Assembly (NCBI GenBank): GCA_964511315.1
Contig: CAZEFF010000002.1
Coordinates: 2,230 to 66,229, forward strand
From: an uncultured bacterium
Lineage (GTDB): Bacteria > Omnitrophota > Omnitrophia > Omnitrophales > Aquincolibacteriaceae
Length of the DNA: 64,000 bases
Direction: 5' to 3'
In this document: piece after piece, positions 18,762-28,255 of the stretch
Layout of the letters: each line of letters starts with the position of its first letter
Position numbering within the stretch: position 1 is the first letter of the stretch
Position numbers and translations under genes: made by a program
Notes under the pieces: model-generated
Told to the model about the DNA's origin: nothing
The model's database searches: none
Seen by the model: only the letters and a program-made list of their open reading frames with translations

Positions 18762-21348
18762 TCAGATCAGACAATCTTATTTGGATTTTTTTGCGAAGAA
18801 AGCTCATCCTATCATCGCGAGCGACTCCCTCGTTCCGCAAAATGATCCGAGCCTTCTCTTTACCGGCGCGGGCATGAATCAATTCAAAGAAAATTTCCTG
18901 GGCGTTAATAAAGAGCTGAAGCGGGCAACAACGTCTCAAAAGTGTCTCCGCACCGGCGACCTTGAAGAAGTGGGGCGCACGCCTTTTCATCATTCCTTTT
19001 TTGAAATGCTCGGCAATTTTTCATTCGGCGATTATTTTAAAGAAGAGGCCATTACCTGGGCCTGGGAATACCTGACGCAGGTTTTAAAAATTCCGGCAGC
19101 ACGTTTGCGCGTCACTGTTCATCAGCGGGATGAAGAAGCCTATAAAATCTGGATTGAGAAAATCAAAATCCGCCCTGACTGGGTTTACAAACTCGGGGAC
19201 AAGGGTAACTTTTGGCCTTCGAACGCTCCGACCGACGGGCCAAATGGACCCTGCGGGCCTTGCTCCGAAATTTATTTTGATCAAAATCCGGAGATGAAGG
19301 ATGAAGATATTAACGGAAGCCGTTTTGCTGAAATCTGGAATCTTGTTTTTACGCAGTATGACCGTCAAGACGGCGGAAAACTGGTTCCGCTCGCGCAAAA
19401 AAATATTGATACCGGCATGGGCCTCGAACGTTTGGCCTGCGTGCTTCAAGGCAAAGAAACCAATTTTGAAATTGATTCCTTTCAGCCGATCAATGAAATG
19501 ATTGAAAAGAAACTCGGCGTCAAAGTCCCAAAAGAAAAACGCCGAGGTCTTTACGCGGTCTCCGATCACTTGCGCGCAGTCACATTCGCGCTTTGTGACG
19601 GCGTCATTCCCTCCAATGAAGGACGGGGCTATGTCATCCGCAAACTCATTCGCCGGGCTCTTTGGCACGCTCGCCAATTAACGCCTTCGCAGCATTTGAA
19701 TGCGGCCTTCCTCTGGGAAGTTGTGCCGACCGTCGGCGAAGTGATGTCAAAGCCCTATCCCGAGATTAAGGAATCTGCCGCGAGTATTCAATCCACTTTA
19801 AAAGGTGAGGAAGAGCGTTTTTTGATGACGCTTGATACCGGCATCCGCATTCTCGAAGACCGCTTAAAGAAGATTACCGCGGCGAAATTAAAAACCGTTC
19901 CGGGCGAAGTGGTCTTTGAACTTTATGATACTTACGGATTCCCCGAAGAACTGACCCGGAATATTGCTGAAAAAGAAGGCTTTGAAATCGATCACAAAGG
20001 TTTTGAGCAGCAGATGGACGCTCAGCGAAAACGCGCGAAAGACGCAACCCAGATTTCGGCCACTATTTTTTCAAGCACCGACCTCGAAAAGAAAATCGCG
20101 GGACTTGAGCCCACAAAATTTCTCGGCTACGACAATCTTTCCGGTAAAGGAAAAATTTTACTTGCTGAGATTGAAGGCAAGAAAGGCGTTATTGTTTTGG
20201 ACCAAACACCTTGCTACGGAGAAAGCGGCGGCCAGGTAGGCGATATGGGTATTATGGAAGGCGCGGCCTTCAAAGCAAAAATCACGGACACTCAGAAAAA
20301 AGATAAATGGTTTATTCACGCCGTTGAAATTGAAAAGGGCAGTGTTAAAGAAGGCGACAACGTTCAAGTCACGGTCGATCAAAACCGCCGCGAACGCACC
20401 ATGCGCAATCACACAGCGACTCATTTGCTTCATGCCGCCCTTCGTGAAATTTTGGGGCCTCAGGTCCGCCAGCTCGGTTCACTTGTGAGTCCGGACAAAC
20501 TGCGCTTTGATTATTCCTATGGGCAGGCGCTGACACCGGAACAGACCCGTCAAATTGAAGACAAGGTCAATTCTGAAATCTTGAAGAATACCGCTCTCAC
20601 AAAAGAAGAAAAGGCGATTGAAGACGCCAAGAAAGACGGCGCGATCGCGTTCTTCGGAGAAAAATACGGCGCAAAAGTCCGAGTCGTCACGGTTCCCGGA
20701 TTCAGCAAAGAATTTTGCGGCGGCACTCACTGTGACCGTACCGGACAAATCGGATTTTTTGTGATTACCAGCGAATCATCCATCGCGAGCGGAACCAGAC
20801 GCATTGAAGCGCTCACGGGTGAAGGAGGATTCGACTATATCCGTTCGCTTCGTTCTCAGGTCAGTCAGCTAGCCTCTGCGCTCAAGACAACTCCCGATCA
20901 ATTGGGGGAACGGGTCGCGAAACTTCAAGACAGCTTAAAGAAGATGGAAAAAGAACAATCCAAGGCTGGGGCATCGCAATCCGCGCTAACCAATGAGAAG
21001 TCAGTCACCGCCGGCGCCTACACCTTTAAGGCCTTTTGCTACAAAGATATAACGGTTGACGCCCTTAGAAAACAGTCCGATGATATACGGTCGAAAAGCA
21101 CGAATACCGTGTATTTTATCGGGACCGAATCAGGTGAAAAACTGACTTTTTTGGTCGCGTCGTCCGGTGATCTGGCAAAAAAAATAGATGTCCGTGAACT
21201 CGCAAAAGAAATCGCGCAGATTCTCGGCGGAAGCGGCGGCGGAAGACCTGATATGGTTCAAGGCGGGGCTCCGAACAATGGACAGCTGAGCACTTCGATC
21301 GATAAGATCACCGCGGCAGCCAAAGATTTTTTAAGTACAAAAGTTTAA
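18751..21348 (+). CDS. alaS: alanine--tRNA ligase
   Basis: 865 aa; class II AlaRS catalytic core, editing domain with the HTATHLLH zinc motif and CGGTHC, and a C-terminal DHHA1-like region ending GGSGGGRPDMVQGG. Confidence 0.9.
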   Translation: MKVDQIRQSYLDFFAKKAHPIIASDSLVPQNDPSLLFTGAGMNQFKENFLGVNKELKRATTSQKCLRTGDLEEVGRTPFHHSFFEMLGNFSFGDYFKEEAITWAWEYLTQVLKIPAARLRVTVHQRDEEAYKIWIEKIKIRPDWVYKLGDKGNFWPSNAPTDGPNGPCGPCSEIYFDQNPEMKDEDINGSRFAEIWNLVFTQYDRQDGGKLVPLAQKNIDTGMGLERLACVLQGKETNFEIDSFQPINEMIEKKLGVKVPKEKRRGLYAVSDHLRAVTFALCDGVIPSNEGRGYVIRKLIRRALWHARQLTPSQHLNAAFLWEVVPTVGEVMSKPYPEIKESAASIQSTLKGEEERFLMTLDTGIRILEDRLKKITAAKLKTVPGEVVFELYDTYGFPEELTRNIAEKEGFEIDHKGFEQQMDAQRKRAKDATQISATIFSSTDLEKKIAGLEPTKFLGYDNLSGKGKILLAEIEGKKGVIVLDQTPCYGESGGQVGDMGIMEGAAFKAKITDTQKKDKWFIHAVEIEKGSVKEGDNVQVTVDQNRRERTMRNHTATHLLHAALREILGPQVRQLGSLVSPDKLRFDYSYGQALTPEQTRQIEDKVNSEILKNTALTKEEKAIEDAKKDGAIAFFGEKYGAKVRVVTVPGFSKEFCGGTHCDRTGQIGFFVITSESSIASGTRRIEALTGEGGFDYIRSLRSQVSQLASALKTTPDQLGERVAKLQDSLKKMEKEQSKAGASQSALTNEKSVTAGAYTFKAFCYKDITVDALRKQSDDIRSKSTNTVYFIGTESGEKLTFLVASSGDLAKKIDVRELAKEIAQILGGSGGGRPDMVQGGAPNNGQLSTSIDKITAAAKDFLSTKV

Positions 21349-21360
21349 AGAAGGAAACAC

Positions 21361-22662
21361 ATGCAAGTATTACCCTGGGATAAAAACACACAAAAAAAAG
21401 TCAGACGCGAATTCGCCACTGTTTTTGACAAAGAAGTCTTTAAAAAAGTCAGCCGCATTATGTCGGAAGTCAAAGACCGGGGCGATCTGGCGCTTCGCCG
21501 TTTCACGCGCGAATTTGACGGCATCGATTTACCCCTTAAACGCCTCCGCGTTTCTCAAGGCGACATCAACCGGGCCTTTGAAAAAATCCAGGTTCAATTC
21601 GTTCCGCTTCTTAAACAAATCACCGAAAACGTCAAAGAGTATTACGAAAAGGAACTCAAACAGTCTTTTGAGATTCAAGGCAAAGACGGCATTCGCCTCG
21701 CTAAGCAATACATGCCGCTTGAACGCGTAGGAATTTACATTCCCGGAGGCACCGCGCCTCTTGTCTCCACCGTTTATATGACCGTCATTCCCGCCAAAGT
21801 CGCGGGTGTTAAAGAAATTATTATCTGCACGCCTCCAAACCGTGACACGGGAGAAATTGATCCGCATATTCTTGCCGTCGCGAACCTTCTTGGCGTTGAG
21901 GAAATTTACCGTGTTGGGGGAGCCCAGGCAATCGCCGCGATGGCTTTCGGAACACGAACCATTAGAAAAGTGGATAAAATTGCCGGACCCGGCAATCAAT
22001 ATGTCACCGAAGCCAAACGTCAGGCCTACGGGTTTGTCGATATCGATATGGTCGCCGGCCCGAGTGAAGTCGCGATCATCGCTGATTCCTCAGCCAATCC
22101 TGATTATGTGACTTGCGATTTGCTGGCTCAAGCCGAACACTTTGGCGGCACCTCTTATCTTGTCACGCCCTCAAAAAAATTAATCGAAGCCGTCCGCAAA
22201 AGAATCGATGAAGGTTTTATCGTACAAACGAAATCCATTCAGGAAGCGGTCGAAGTCGTCAACGAAATTGCTCCGGAACATTTAGAAATACTTACCGAAG
22301 ATCCGCGTTCGATTTTAAAATCCGTTAAACACGCCGGCGCCATTTTCATCGGCCCTTACTCGCCGGCGGTTATCGGGGACTACATCGCCGGTCCAAGTCA
22401 CGTGCTTCCAACCGGGGGAACCGCCCGTTATTTTTCACCTTTGAGCGCGTCCACATTTGTGAAGAGCTCCCAAATTATTGAATACACTAAAGAAGCTTTA
22501 ATGAAAACCCGGGAGCATGTGCAGAAAATTACGGATATGGAAGGACTTGTCCTTCACCGCATATCACTTGAGGCGCGCTTTGTGGAAAATGCCGGCACCA
22601 TCATTCCCGCAAAAGCGCCCGCGAATGAACCCATCGATATCATGAAGGAGAAAGACGCATGA
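21361..22662 (+). CDS. hisD: histidinol dehydrogenase
   Basis: 433 aa; conserved HisD blocks (AGPSEVAIIAD, CDLLAQAEH, GDYIAGPSHVLPTGGTARYFSPLS). Confidence 0.9.
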   Translation: MQVLPWDKNTQKKVRREFATVFDKEVFKKVSRIMSEVKDRGDLALRRFTREFDGIDLPLKRLRVSQGDINRAFEKIQVQFVPLLKQITENVKEYYEKELKQSFEIQGKDGIRLAKQYMPLERVGIYIPGGTAPLVSTVYMTVIPAKVAGVKEIIICTPPNRDTGEIDPHILAVANLLGVEEIYRVGGAQAIAAMAFGTRTIRKVDKIAGPGNQYVTEAKRQAYGFVDIDMVAGPSEVAIIADSSANPDYVTCDLLAQAEHFGGTSYLVTPSKKLIEAVRKRIDEGFIVQTKSIQEAVEVVNEIAPEHLEILTEDPRSILKSVKHAGAIFIGPYSPAVIGDYIAGPSHVLPTGGTARYFSPLSASTFVKSSQIIEYTKEALMKTREHVQKITDMEGLVLHRISLEARFVENAGTIIPAKAPANEPIDIMKEKDA

Positions 22663-23261
22663 AAAAAGCCGTGAGGAAAGCTCAAATTAAACGGACCACC
22701 GCTGAAACCGATATCAAGCTCGCGCTCAATATTGACGGTTCCGGAAAATCGCGCATCCATACCGGCATGCCTTTTCTTGATCATATGCTGACCCTGCTTG
22801 CCAAACACGGCCTCATGGATCTTGACGTCAAAGCCAAAGGCGATTTACATGTCGATATCCACCACACCAATGAAGACGTGGGCATTGTTCTCGGGCAAGC
22901 TTTTCGCAAAGCGCTCGGCTCAAAAGCCGGGATTCGCCGCTACGGCTGCTTTGCCGTACCCATGGATGAAGTGCTCGCGCGGGTAACGCTCGATATTTCG
23001 GGCCGTCCCTCTGTTTTTGTTCACCAGGCCAAAGGCGTCAAACATTCCCGTCTCGAAAATTATTCTTTTCACGACTCCGTCGAATTTCTGCGCTCCTTCT
23101 GCCTTCATGCCGGCATCAATATGCATGTGGAAGTTTTAACGGGCCACGATGCCCACCATATCATTGAGGGCGTATTTAAGGCTGTCGCTAAAGCGCTCGA
23201 TATGGCCACAACCATTGATCCGCGCGTCAAAGGCATTCCTTCAACTAAAGGCAGTTTATAA
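22659..23261 (+). CDS. hisB: imidazoleglycerol-phosphate dehydratase
   Basis: 200 aa monofunctional IGPD with HHxxE metal motifs (IHHTNEDVGI, GHDAHHIIEG). Confidence 0.9.
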   Translation: MKKAVRKAQIKRTTAETDIKLALNIDGSGKSRIHTGMPFLDHMLTLLAKHGLMDLDVKAKGDLHVDIHHTNEDVGIVLGQAFRKALGSKAGIRRYGCFAVPMDEVLARVTLDISGRPSVFVHQAKGVKHSRLENYSFHDSVEFLRSFCLHAGINMHVEVLTGHDAHHIIEGVFKAVAKALDMATTIDPRVKGIPSTKGSL

Positions 23262-23332
23262 GAAGTAAGCGTTAAGCGATAAGTATCTGCTTTTTCACTT
23301 ACTACTTAAAACTTAACGCTTAGCGCTTTTAT

Positions 23333-23944
23333 ATGATCACAATCATTGATTACGGAATGGGAAATTTAAGAAGTGTTTCCAAGGCCCTCGAACATCTTGG
23401 GGCCAAGGTGGCTATCACTTCATCACCCTCCGATATTGAAGCGGCCGAAAAATTAGTGCTTCCCGGCGTCGGCGCATTCGGCGACGCGATGAAAGAGCTC
23501 GACCGCCTGAAACTCTCAGACCCTATCCGTGAACACGTGAAAAAGGGGAAACCTTTTCTTGGAATCTGTCTTGGTCTCCAGCTCATCTTTGAAGAATCCG
23601 AAGAAACACCGGGAGTCCGGGGCCTCGGCATGCTTAAAGGAAAAGTTCAGCGCTTTCGATCAGCGAATGTGAAAGTGCCTCACATGGGCTGGAATGATGT
23701 GACGCTCAAACAAAATCATCCGCTTTTACAAAACGTTAAAGACCGCAGTTTTTTTTATTTTGTTCACACTTTTTACCCTGTCCCTGCAGACTCCGCTGTC
23801 ATTGCCGGAACCTGTACCTACGGCACCGAAACATTCTGCGCCATGGTGGGAGCCAAAAATCTTTTCGCGGCCCAGTTTCATCCCGAAAAAAGTCAGGAAG
23901 CGGGCCTTGAGATATTGAAAAACTATATAGGGTGGAAAGTATGA
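23333..23944 (+). CDS. hisH: imidazole glycerol phosphate synthase, glutamine amidotransferase subunit
   Basis: 203 aa class I GATase (GICLGLQ active-site Cys; HMGWN; FHPEKS). Confidence 0.9.
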   Translation: MITIIDYGMGNLRSVSKALEHLGAKVAITSSPSDIEAAEKLVLPGVGAFGDAMKELDRLKLSDPIREHVKKGKPFLGICLGLQLIFEESEETPGVRGLGMLKGKVQRFRSANVKVPHMGWNDVTLKQNHPLLQNVKDRSFFYFVHTFYPVPADSAVIAGTCTYGTETFCAMVGAKNLFAAQFHPEKSQEAGLEILKNYIGWKV

Positions 23945-24663
23945 TCAATCTCTATCCCGCGATTGATCTCTATGAAGGACAAGTTGTGCGTCTGCAAAAA
24001 GGGGATTATGCCAAGAAAACCGTTTATTCCGATAATCCAGGCGCCATGGCCAAAGATTTTGAAACTCAAGGCGCGAAATGGCTGCACCTTGTGGATCTCG
24101 AAGGCGCGAAGCTCGGGCAAATTAAGAATTGGGCCTCACTAGAAAAAATCCGCTCCGCCGTAACTTCCAAACTCGAATTCGGCGGCGGTATCCGAACACT
24201 GGAAGACTTAAAAAAGCTCGATAGCCTAGGAATCAACCGGATGATCTTAGGGACCAAGGCCCTTGAGAAAACCTTCCTCGAAAAGGCTCTGGCCCAGTTC
24301 GGTTCTAAAATTGCCGTGGGCCTTGATATCCGCGATGGACTCGTGCAAACTCAAGGCTGGCTTGAAGCTGAGGCCCTCACACTTGAAGCCGCCGTCAAAT
24401 TTTTGAATGATCTGCCTGTGGAAACTTTGATTTATACCGATATACAAAAGGACGGGATGCTTCAGGGCCCAAACTTTGAAAAACTGGAAGAACTCTTGAA
24501 ACTCGCGAAGGCGAGGATTATTCTAAGCGGCGGCGTGGCGCGCATAGAAGATATCTCGCAATGCGCCAAAATCAAAAACAGCCGCTTTGACGGCGTCATC
24601 ATCGGCAAAGCGCTGTATGAAAAGCGGTTTACTTTAAAAGACGCGGTCAAAATCGCGGGATAA
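23932..24663 (+). CDS. hisA: phosphoribosylformimino-5-aminoimidazole carboxamide ribotide isomerase
   Basis: 243 aa (beta/alpha)8 HisA (LYPAIDL..G..VRL; VDLEGA; GGGIR; SGGV). Confidence 0.85.
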   Translation: MESMINLYPAIDLYEGQVVRLQKGDYAKKTVYSDNPGAMAKDFETQGAKWLHLVDLEGAKLGQIKNWASLEKIRSAVTSKLEFGGGIRTLEDLKKLDSLGINRMILGTKALEKTFLEKALAQFGSKIAVGLDIRDGLVQTQGWLEAEALTLEAAVKFLNDLPVETLIYTDIQKDGMLQGPNFEKLEELLKLAKARIILSGGVARIEDISQCAKIKNSRFDGVIIGKALYEKRFTLKDAVKIAG

Positions 24664-24666
24664 CTT

Positions 24667-25068
24667 ATGACAGAACCTTTAAAAAATTACATGGATATCG
24701 TCCTTACTCAACGAGACTGGTCTTGGGCCATCATCGGCATTGCTTATTTGATTATCGCGCTCAGCATCCGCAGCTGGTTCATGAGCCCTCTTATCCGCAG
24801 AGTCAAAGACCTTGATAAAAAGCAGAACAAAGAGGTGAAGCGGATTTACCTCGAAAATTCCATCTTTGGATGGTTCTTTTTTATCATTCCTTTTTTTATT
24901 ATCACCTGGCTCTGGTATAACCAGCTGCATATCCCCATGAGTGTTCAAGACGCCCTGATCCTTCTTGGCGCGCTTGTCTCGTATGTGCTTTCGATTATCG
25001 CTCATATCATCGCGTTTGGCTTGGCAGCCATGAGCGTCCTCAAAAAGTATACGGACTCAAACAAATAA
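24667..25068 (+). CDS. small hypothetical integral membrane protein inserted between hisA and hisF
   Basis: 133 aa with 3-4 predicted TM helices and no recognisable family; sits 3 nt after the hisA stop and ends 4 nt before hisF. Confidence 0.5.
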   Translation: MTEPLKNYMDIVLTQRDWSWAIIGIAYLIIALSIRSWFMSPLIRRVKDLDKKQNKEVKRIYLENSIFGWFFFIIPFFIITWLWYNQLHIPMSVQDALILLGALVSYVLSIIAHIIAFGLAAMSVLKKYTDSNK

Positions 25069-25072
25069 ACGA

Positions 25073-25831
25073 ATGCTCACCAAAAGAATCATCCCTTGTC
25101 TCGACGTCAAAGACGGACGCGTGGTTAAAGGCGTTCAGTTTGTCGATCTTCGTGACGCCGGCGATCCGGTGCAATGCGCCATCGCTTACGACAAAGCCAA
25201 AGCGGATGAACTTATTTTTCTCGATATCACTGCCTCTCACGAAAAACGCCAAACCATGATCGAAGTCGCTAACAAAGTCGCTGAATCGGTGTATATTCCT
25301 TTTACTGTGGGCGGGGGAATTAATGAGGTCAGCGATATCCGCGAACTCCTCAAGGCCGGCTGCGACAAAGTTTCTATCAACACAAGCGCGATCAAAAATC
25401 CCGATTTCATCAAACAGGCCAGCACAAAATTTGGAAGTCAATGCATTGTGGTCGCCATTGACGCCCGCAAAAAGTCTGACGGCAAATGGGAAGTGTTTAC
25501 TCACGGCGGACGCAATCCCACAGGGCTTGACGCGGTTGAGTGGGCCAAAAAAGCGGAATCATTCGGCGCCGGAGAAATTCTTCTGACCAGCATGGATAAA
25601 GACGGCACCAAATCCGGCTATGATCTTGAACTCACGCGCCTCATTTCGCGCACCTTGAAAATTCCGGTCATTGCTTCAGGCGGTGTGGGAACCATGGAAC
25701 ATATCTATGAAGGATTCTCAAAAGGGGAAGCCGATGCCTGTCTCGCCGCCTCGATTTTCCATTTTGGAGAATTCACCATCCCTGAAGTAAAGCGCTTCCT
25801 TTCTCAAAAAAATATCCCCGTCCGTTTATAA
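25073..25831 (+). CDS. hisF: imidazole glycerol phosphate synthase cyclase subunit
   Basis: 252 aa HisF ([16 protein letters not shown] ... SGGVG). Confidence 0.9.
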   Translation: MLTKRIIPCLDVKDGRVVKGVQFVDLRDAGDPVQCAIAYDKAKADELIFLDITASHEKRQTMIEVANKVAESVYIPFTVGGGINEVSDIRELLKAGCDKVSINTSAIKNPDFIKQASTKFGSQCIVVAIDARKKSDGKWEVFTHGGRNPTGLDAVEWAKKAESFGAGEILLTSMDKDGTKSGYDLELTRLISRTLKIPVIASGGVGTMEHIYEGFSKGEADACLAASIFHFGEFTIPEVKRFLSQKNIPVRL

Positions 25832-26111
25832 ATTTTTTTTCGCGCGGGTCCTGCCGCGAGAATCCCCAGGTCTTCCTCAAATTTTTCCGGGTCCTGTCAG
25901 CAAGGTTTCCGCAGGGACTCCTCAAAATACTTTTCTTATGAAGCAGTCATTCTTCCTTATCTTTTTTCGTCCAGAAAGTTAACTCTCATCCAATTCTCAC
26001 AGCATGCGGCTTTAAGAAAAGTATTTTTCCTCTCCCTTTACGGAACCTCGCTGCCACCCGCAAAACACTCCTAACTAAAAATGTTAGCCCCCTTACTTTC
26101 AAGAGCGAAGC

Positions 26112-26242
26112 ATCATACTTGCCTGAGAGAAGCTCCCGCAATCCTTTGAAGCTTGGTTTCCCATCAGGGAATTCAAAGGATGAGGGGCAGCGGGCAGCCG
26201 CCGCTGGAGCGGCTGAACCGCGATTCTCGGGGCAAGTATGAT
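26112..26242 (+). ncRNA. candidate structured RNA / conserved palindromic element, copy A (upstream of hisI)
   Basis: A 12-bp closing helix (ATCATACTTGCC / GGCAAGTATGAT) encloses conserved blocks CCTG..GAAGCT..CTCCCG.AA.C, TGAGGGGCAG, a hairpin loop CGCTGGA and CC.CGAT. Three internal helices co-vary with copy B at 33998-34153. Strand of any transcript unknown. Confidence 0.5.
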
Positions 26243-26259
26243 CGCGAGTGTGTATCTAG

Positions 26260-26288
26260 TTGACACACTTTAAGAATACAGGCATACT
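26260..26288 (+). promoter_or_regulatory. sigma70-like promoter upstream of hisI-trp cluster (TTGACA-17-CATACT)
   Basis: -35 TTGACA at 26260-26265 and -10 CATACT at 26283-26288, about 35 nt upstream of the hisI ATG. The -35 is embedded in an inverted repeat AGTGTGT..ACACACT (26247-26269). Confidence 0.4.
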
Positions 26289-26323
26289 GTTTTAATTCAC
26301 ATAACTACTGATAGGAGCTACAA

Positions 26324-26704
26324 ATGCACGATTTTAAATACAATGCCGAAGGCTTAATTCCCGCCATTATTCAGGATGCGGACAGCGGTGAAGTCCTCAT
26401 GCTGGCTTATATGGATAAAATCGCTTTAGAACGCACGTTGAGCGAAAAAAAGACCGTCTTTTATTCCCGGTCACGGAACAAATACTGGGTGAAAGGCGAA
26501 ACCTCAGGACATACCCAGGACGTCCAAGGCAAAGCCCTTACTGATTGCGACCGTGACACCATCCTCATCAAAGTCAAACAGCATGGGGGCGCTTGTCACG
26601 AAGGTTACCGCAGCTGTTTCGTTAATGAACTTGATGACAAAGGAAATATTGTCCGTGTCACTCAGGAAAAAGTTTTTGATCCGGACGCGACTTACAAAAA
26701 ATAA
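26324..26704 (+). CDS. hisI: phosphoribosyl-AMP cyclohydrolase
   Basis: 126 aa; HisI motifs (GLIPAIIQD, metal-binding CDRD..C..HGG.CH). Confidence 0.85.
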   Translation: MHDFKYNAEGLIPAIIQDADSGEVLMLAYMDKIALERTLSEKKTVFYSRSRNKYWVKGETSGHTQDVQGKALTDCDRDTILIKVKQHGGACHEGYRSCFVNELDDKGNIVRVTQEKVFDPDATYKK

Positions 26705-26709
26705 CCGTC

Positions 26710-28161
26710 ATGGACATCAAAACTTTTAGACATCTCGCGCGAAAAGGCAACCTCATCGCGGTTATCAAAACAATTCCCGCTGATCTTGATACGCCCGTAT
26801 CCGCCTTCCTAAAACTCTCCAGAAACACTCAGGATTGTTTTCTGCTTGAATCGGCTGAACAGGAAGAAAAAATTGGGCGCTACTCCATCATGGGCATTCA
26901 TCCCGCCATGGTGCTTTCTTCCCAAAACGGGGAAGTGAGTATTCAAGGAAGCAAGCGCAAGGATGACTGCTGCCACATTACCTCCATCATGGAAGCCGTC
27001 ATGAGCCAGTTTAAACTCGCGAACCCTGAAGCCGTTCCCGGATTTTCAGGCGGTTTTGTCGGTTATCTTTCGTACGAGAATGTGCGCAAATTTGAATCAA
27101 TTAAACTGGAATCGCGCAAAGCCTCTGCTCTTCCTGAAGCGATTTTCTTTCTTATACTTGATTTCGTCGTGTTCGATCATTTCAGAAAAACGATTTTAGT
27201 CGTCAGTCTCGCGAACACTCAAAACACTTCAGCGGATAAAGCCTACAAACAAAGCATCGCCATCATTGATAAAACCATCCGACAGCTTCAAACACCGCTC
27301 AAGCTTGAGAAGTCAAAGGCAGGCGGCAGCCTGAAAATCCAATATAATACGCCCAAAAAAGATTTTCTCCGTAATGTGCAAAAAATTAAATCCTATATCC
27401 GGGCCGGAGACTGCATTCAAGTTGTTCTGTCTCAGCGCTTCACTTTGCCGGCGCCGAAAAATGATTTTCAAATTTACCGCGCCCTCCGATCCATCAATCC
27501 ATCACCCTACATGTTTTATTTTAAGGCGGGAAAGAACCGGCTCGTGGGGTCATCGCCTGAAATGCTCGTCAAAAAAACAGGGCGGACAGCCGAAGTCAGA
27601 CCGATTGCCGGAACACGTCCCCGGGGAAAAAATCAGGAAGAAGATCTCCGTCACGAAGACAACTTGAAGAAATCCATCAAAGAAATGGCTGAACATCTCA
27701 TGCTGGTGGATCTCGGCCGTAATGACCTCGGGCGTGTCTGCGAATTTGATTCGATCAAGGTGAAAAATTACGCTCATACGGAGCGTTACTCGCATGTCAT
27801 GCATCTTGTCAGCGATGTTGAAGGAACGCTTAAAAAAAATAAAAGCGCCTTTGATCTTCTGCGCGCGACCTTTCCAGCCGGAACTGTTTCAGGAGCGCCC
27901 AAAATTCGCGCCATGCAAATCATCAATGAACTTGAGACTGAAGACCGCGGCCCTTATGCCGGCGCTCTCGGGTACTTTGGATTTAATCAGGACATGGATA
28001 TGTGCATCACCATCCGCACGCTTTTTTCGGACGGCAAAAAGCTTTATCTTCAGGCGGGTGCCGGCATTGTCAAGGATTCCAGCCCCGAAAAAGAATATGA
28101 CGAAACGCTGAACAAGGCCAAAGCACTTTTAAAAGCCATCGAACGGCAGGGTGATTTCTAA
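26710..28161 (+). CDS. trpE: anthranilate synthase component I
   Basis: 483 aa chorismate-binding enzyme (LESAEQ; GYLSYE; IAGTRPRG; GAPK; GYFGF..D..ITIRT). Confidence 0.9.
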   Translation: MDIKTFRHLARKGNLIAVIKTIPADLDTPVSAFLKLSRNTQDCFLLESAEQEEKIGRYSIMGIHPAMVLSSQNGEVSIQGSKRKDDCCHITSIMEAVMSQFKLANPEAVPGFSGGFVGYLSYENVRKFESIKLESRKASALPEAIFFLILDFVVFDHFRKTILVVSLANTQNTSADKAYKQSIAIIDKTIRQLQTPLKLEKSKAGGSLKIQYNTPKKDFLRNVQKIKSYIRAGDCIQVVLSQRFTLPAPKNDFQIYRALRSINPSPYMFYFKAGKNRLVGSSPEMLVKKTGRTAEVRPIAGTRPRGKNQEEDLRHEDNLKKSIKEMAEHLMLVDLGRNDLGRVCEFDSIKVKNYAHTERYSHVMHLVSDVEGTLKKNKSAFDLLRATFPAGTVSGAPKIRAMQIINELETEDRGPYAGALGYFGFNQDMDMCITIRTLFSDGKKLYLQAGAGIVKDSSPEKEYDETLNKAKALLKAIERQGDF

Positions 28162-28166
28162 TGATC

Positions 28167-28231
28167 CGTATATCGTCTTTCGAATTTCGTACTTCGAAAA
28201 GTTCTTTCAGGCTTTCGATGTTCGATATACG
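28167..28231. repeat. imperfect 65-nt palindrome in trpE-trpG spacer
   Basis: CGTATATCG ... CGATATACG outer arms around two TTCGAA palindromes. Confidence 0.4.
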
Positions 28232-28255
28232 ATTTACGAATGACCGGGGGCACTT

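Noticed and set aside
26121-26165. Resemblance of CUCCCGCAA / UUGGUU in element A to 4.5S (SRP) RNA 5' region
   Set aside because: Two copies in the window, no SRP domain IV (GGAAGGAAGCAGCC..) and different helix order. Judged coincidental.
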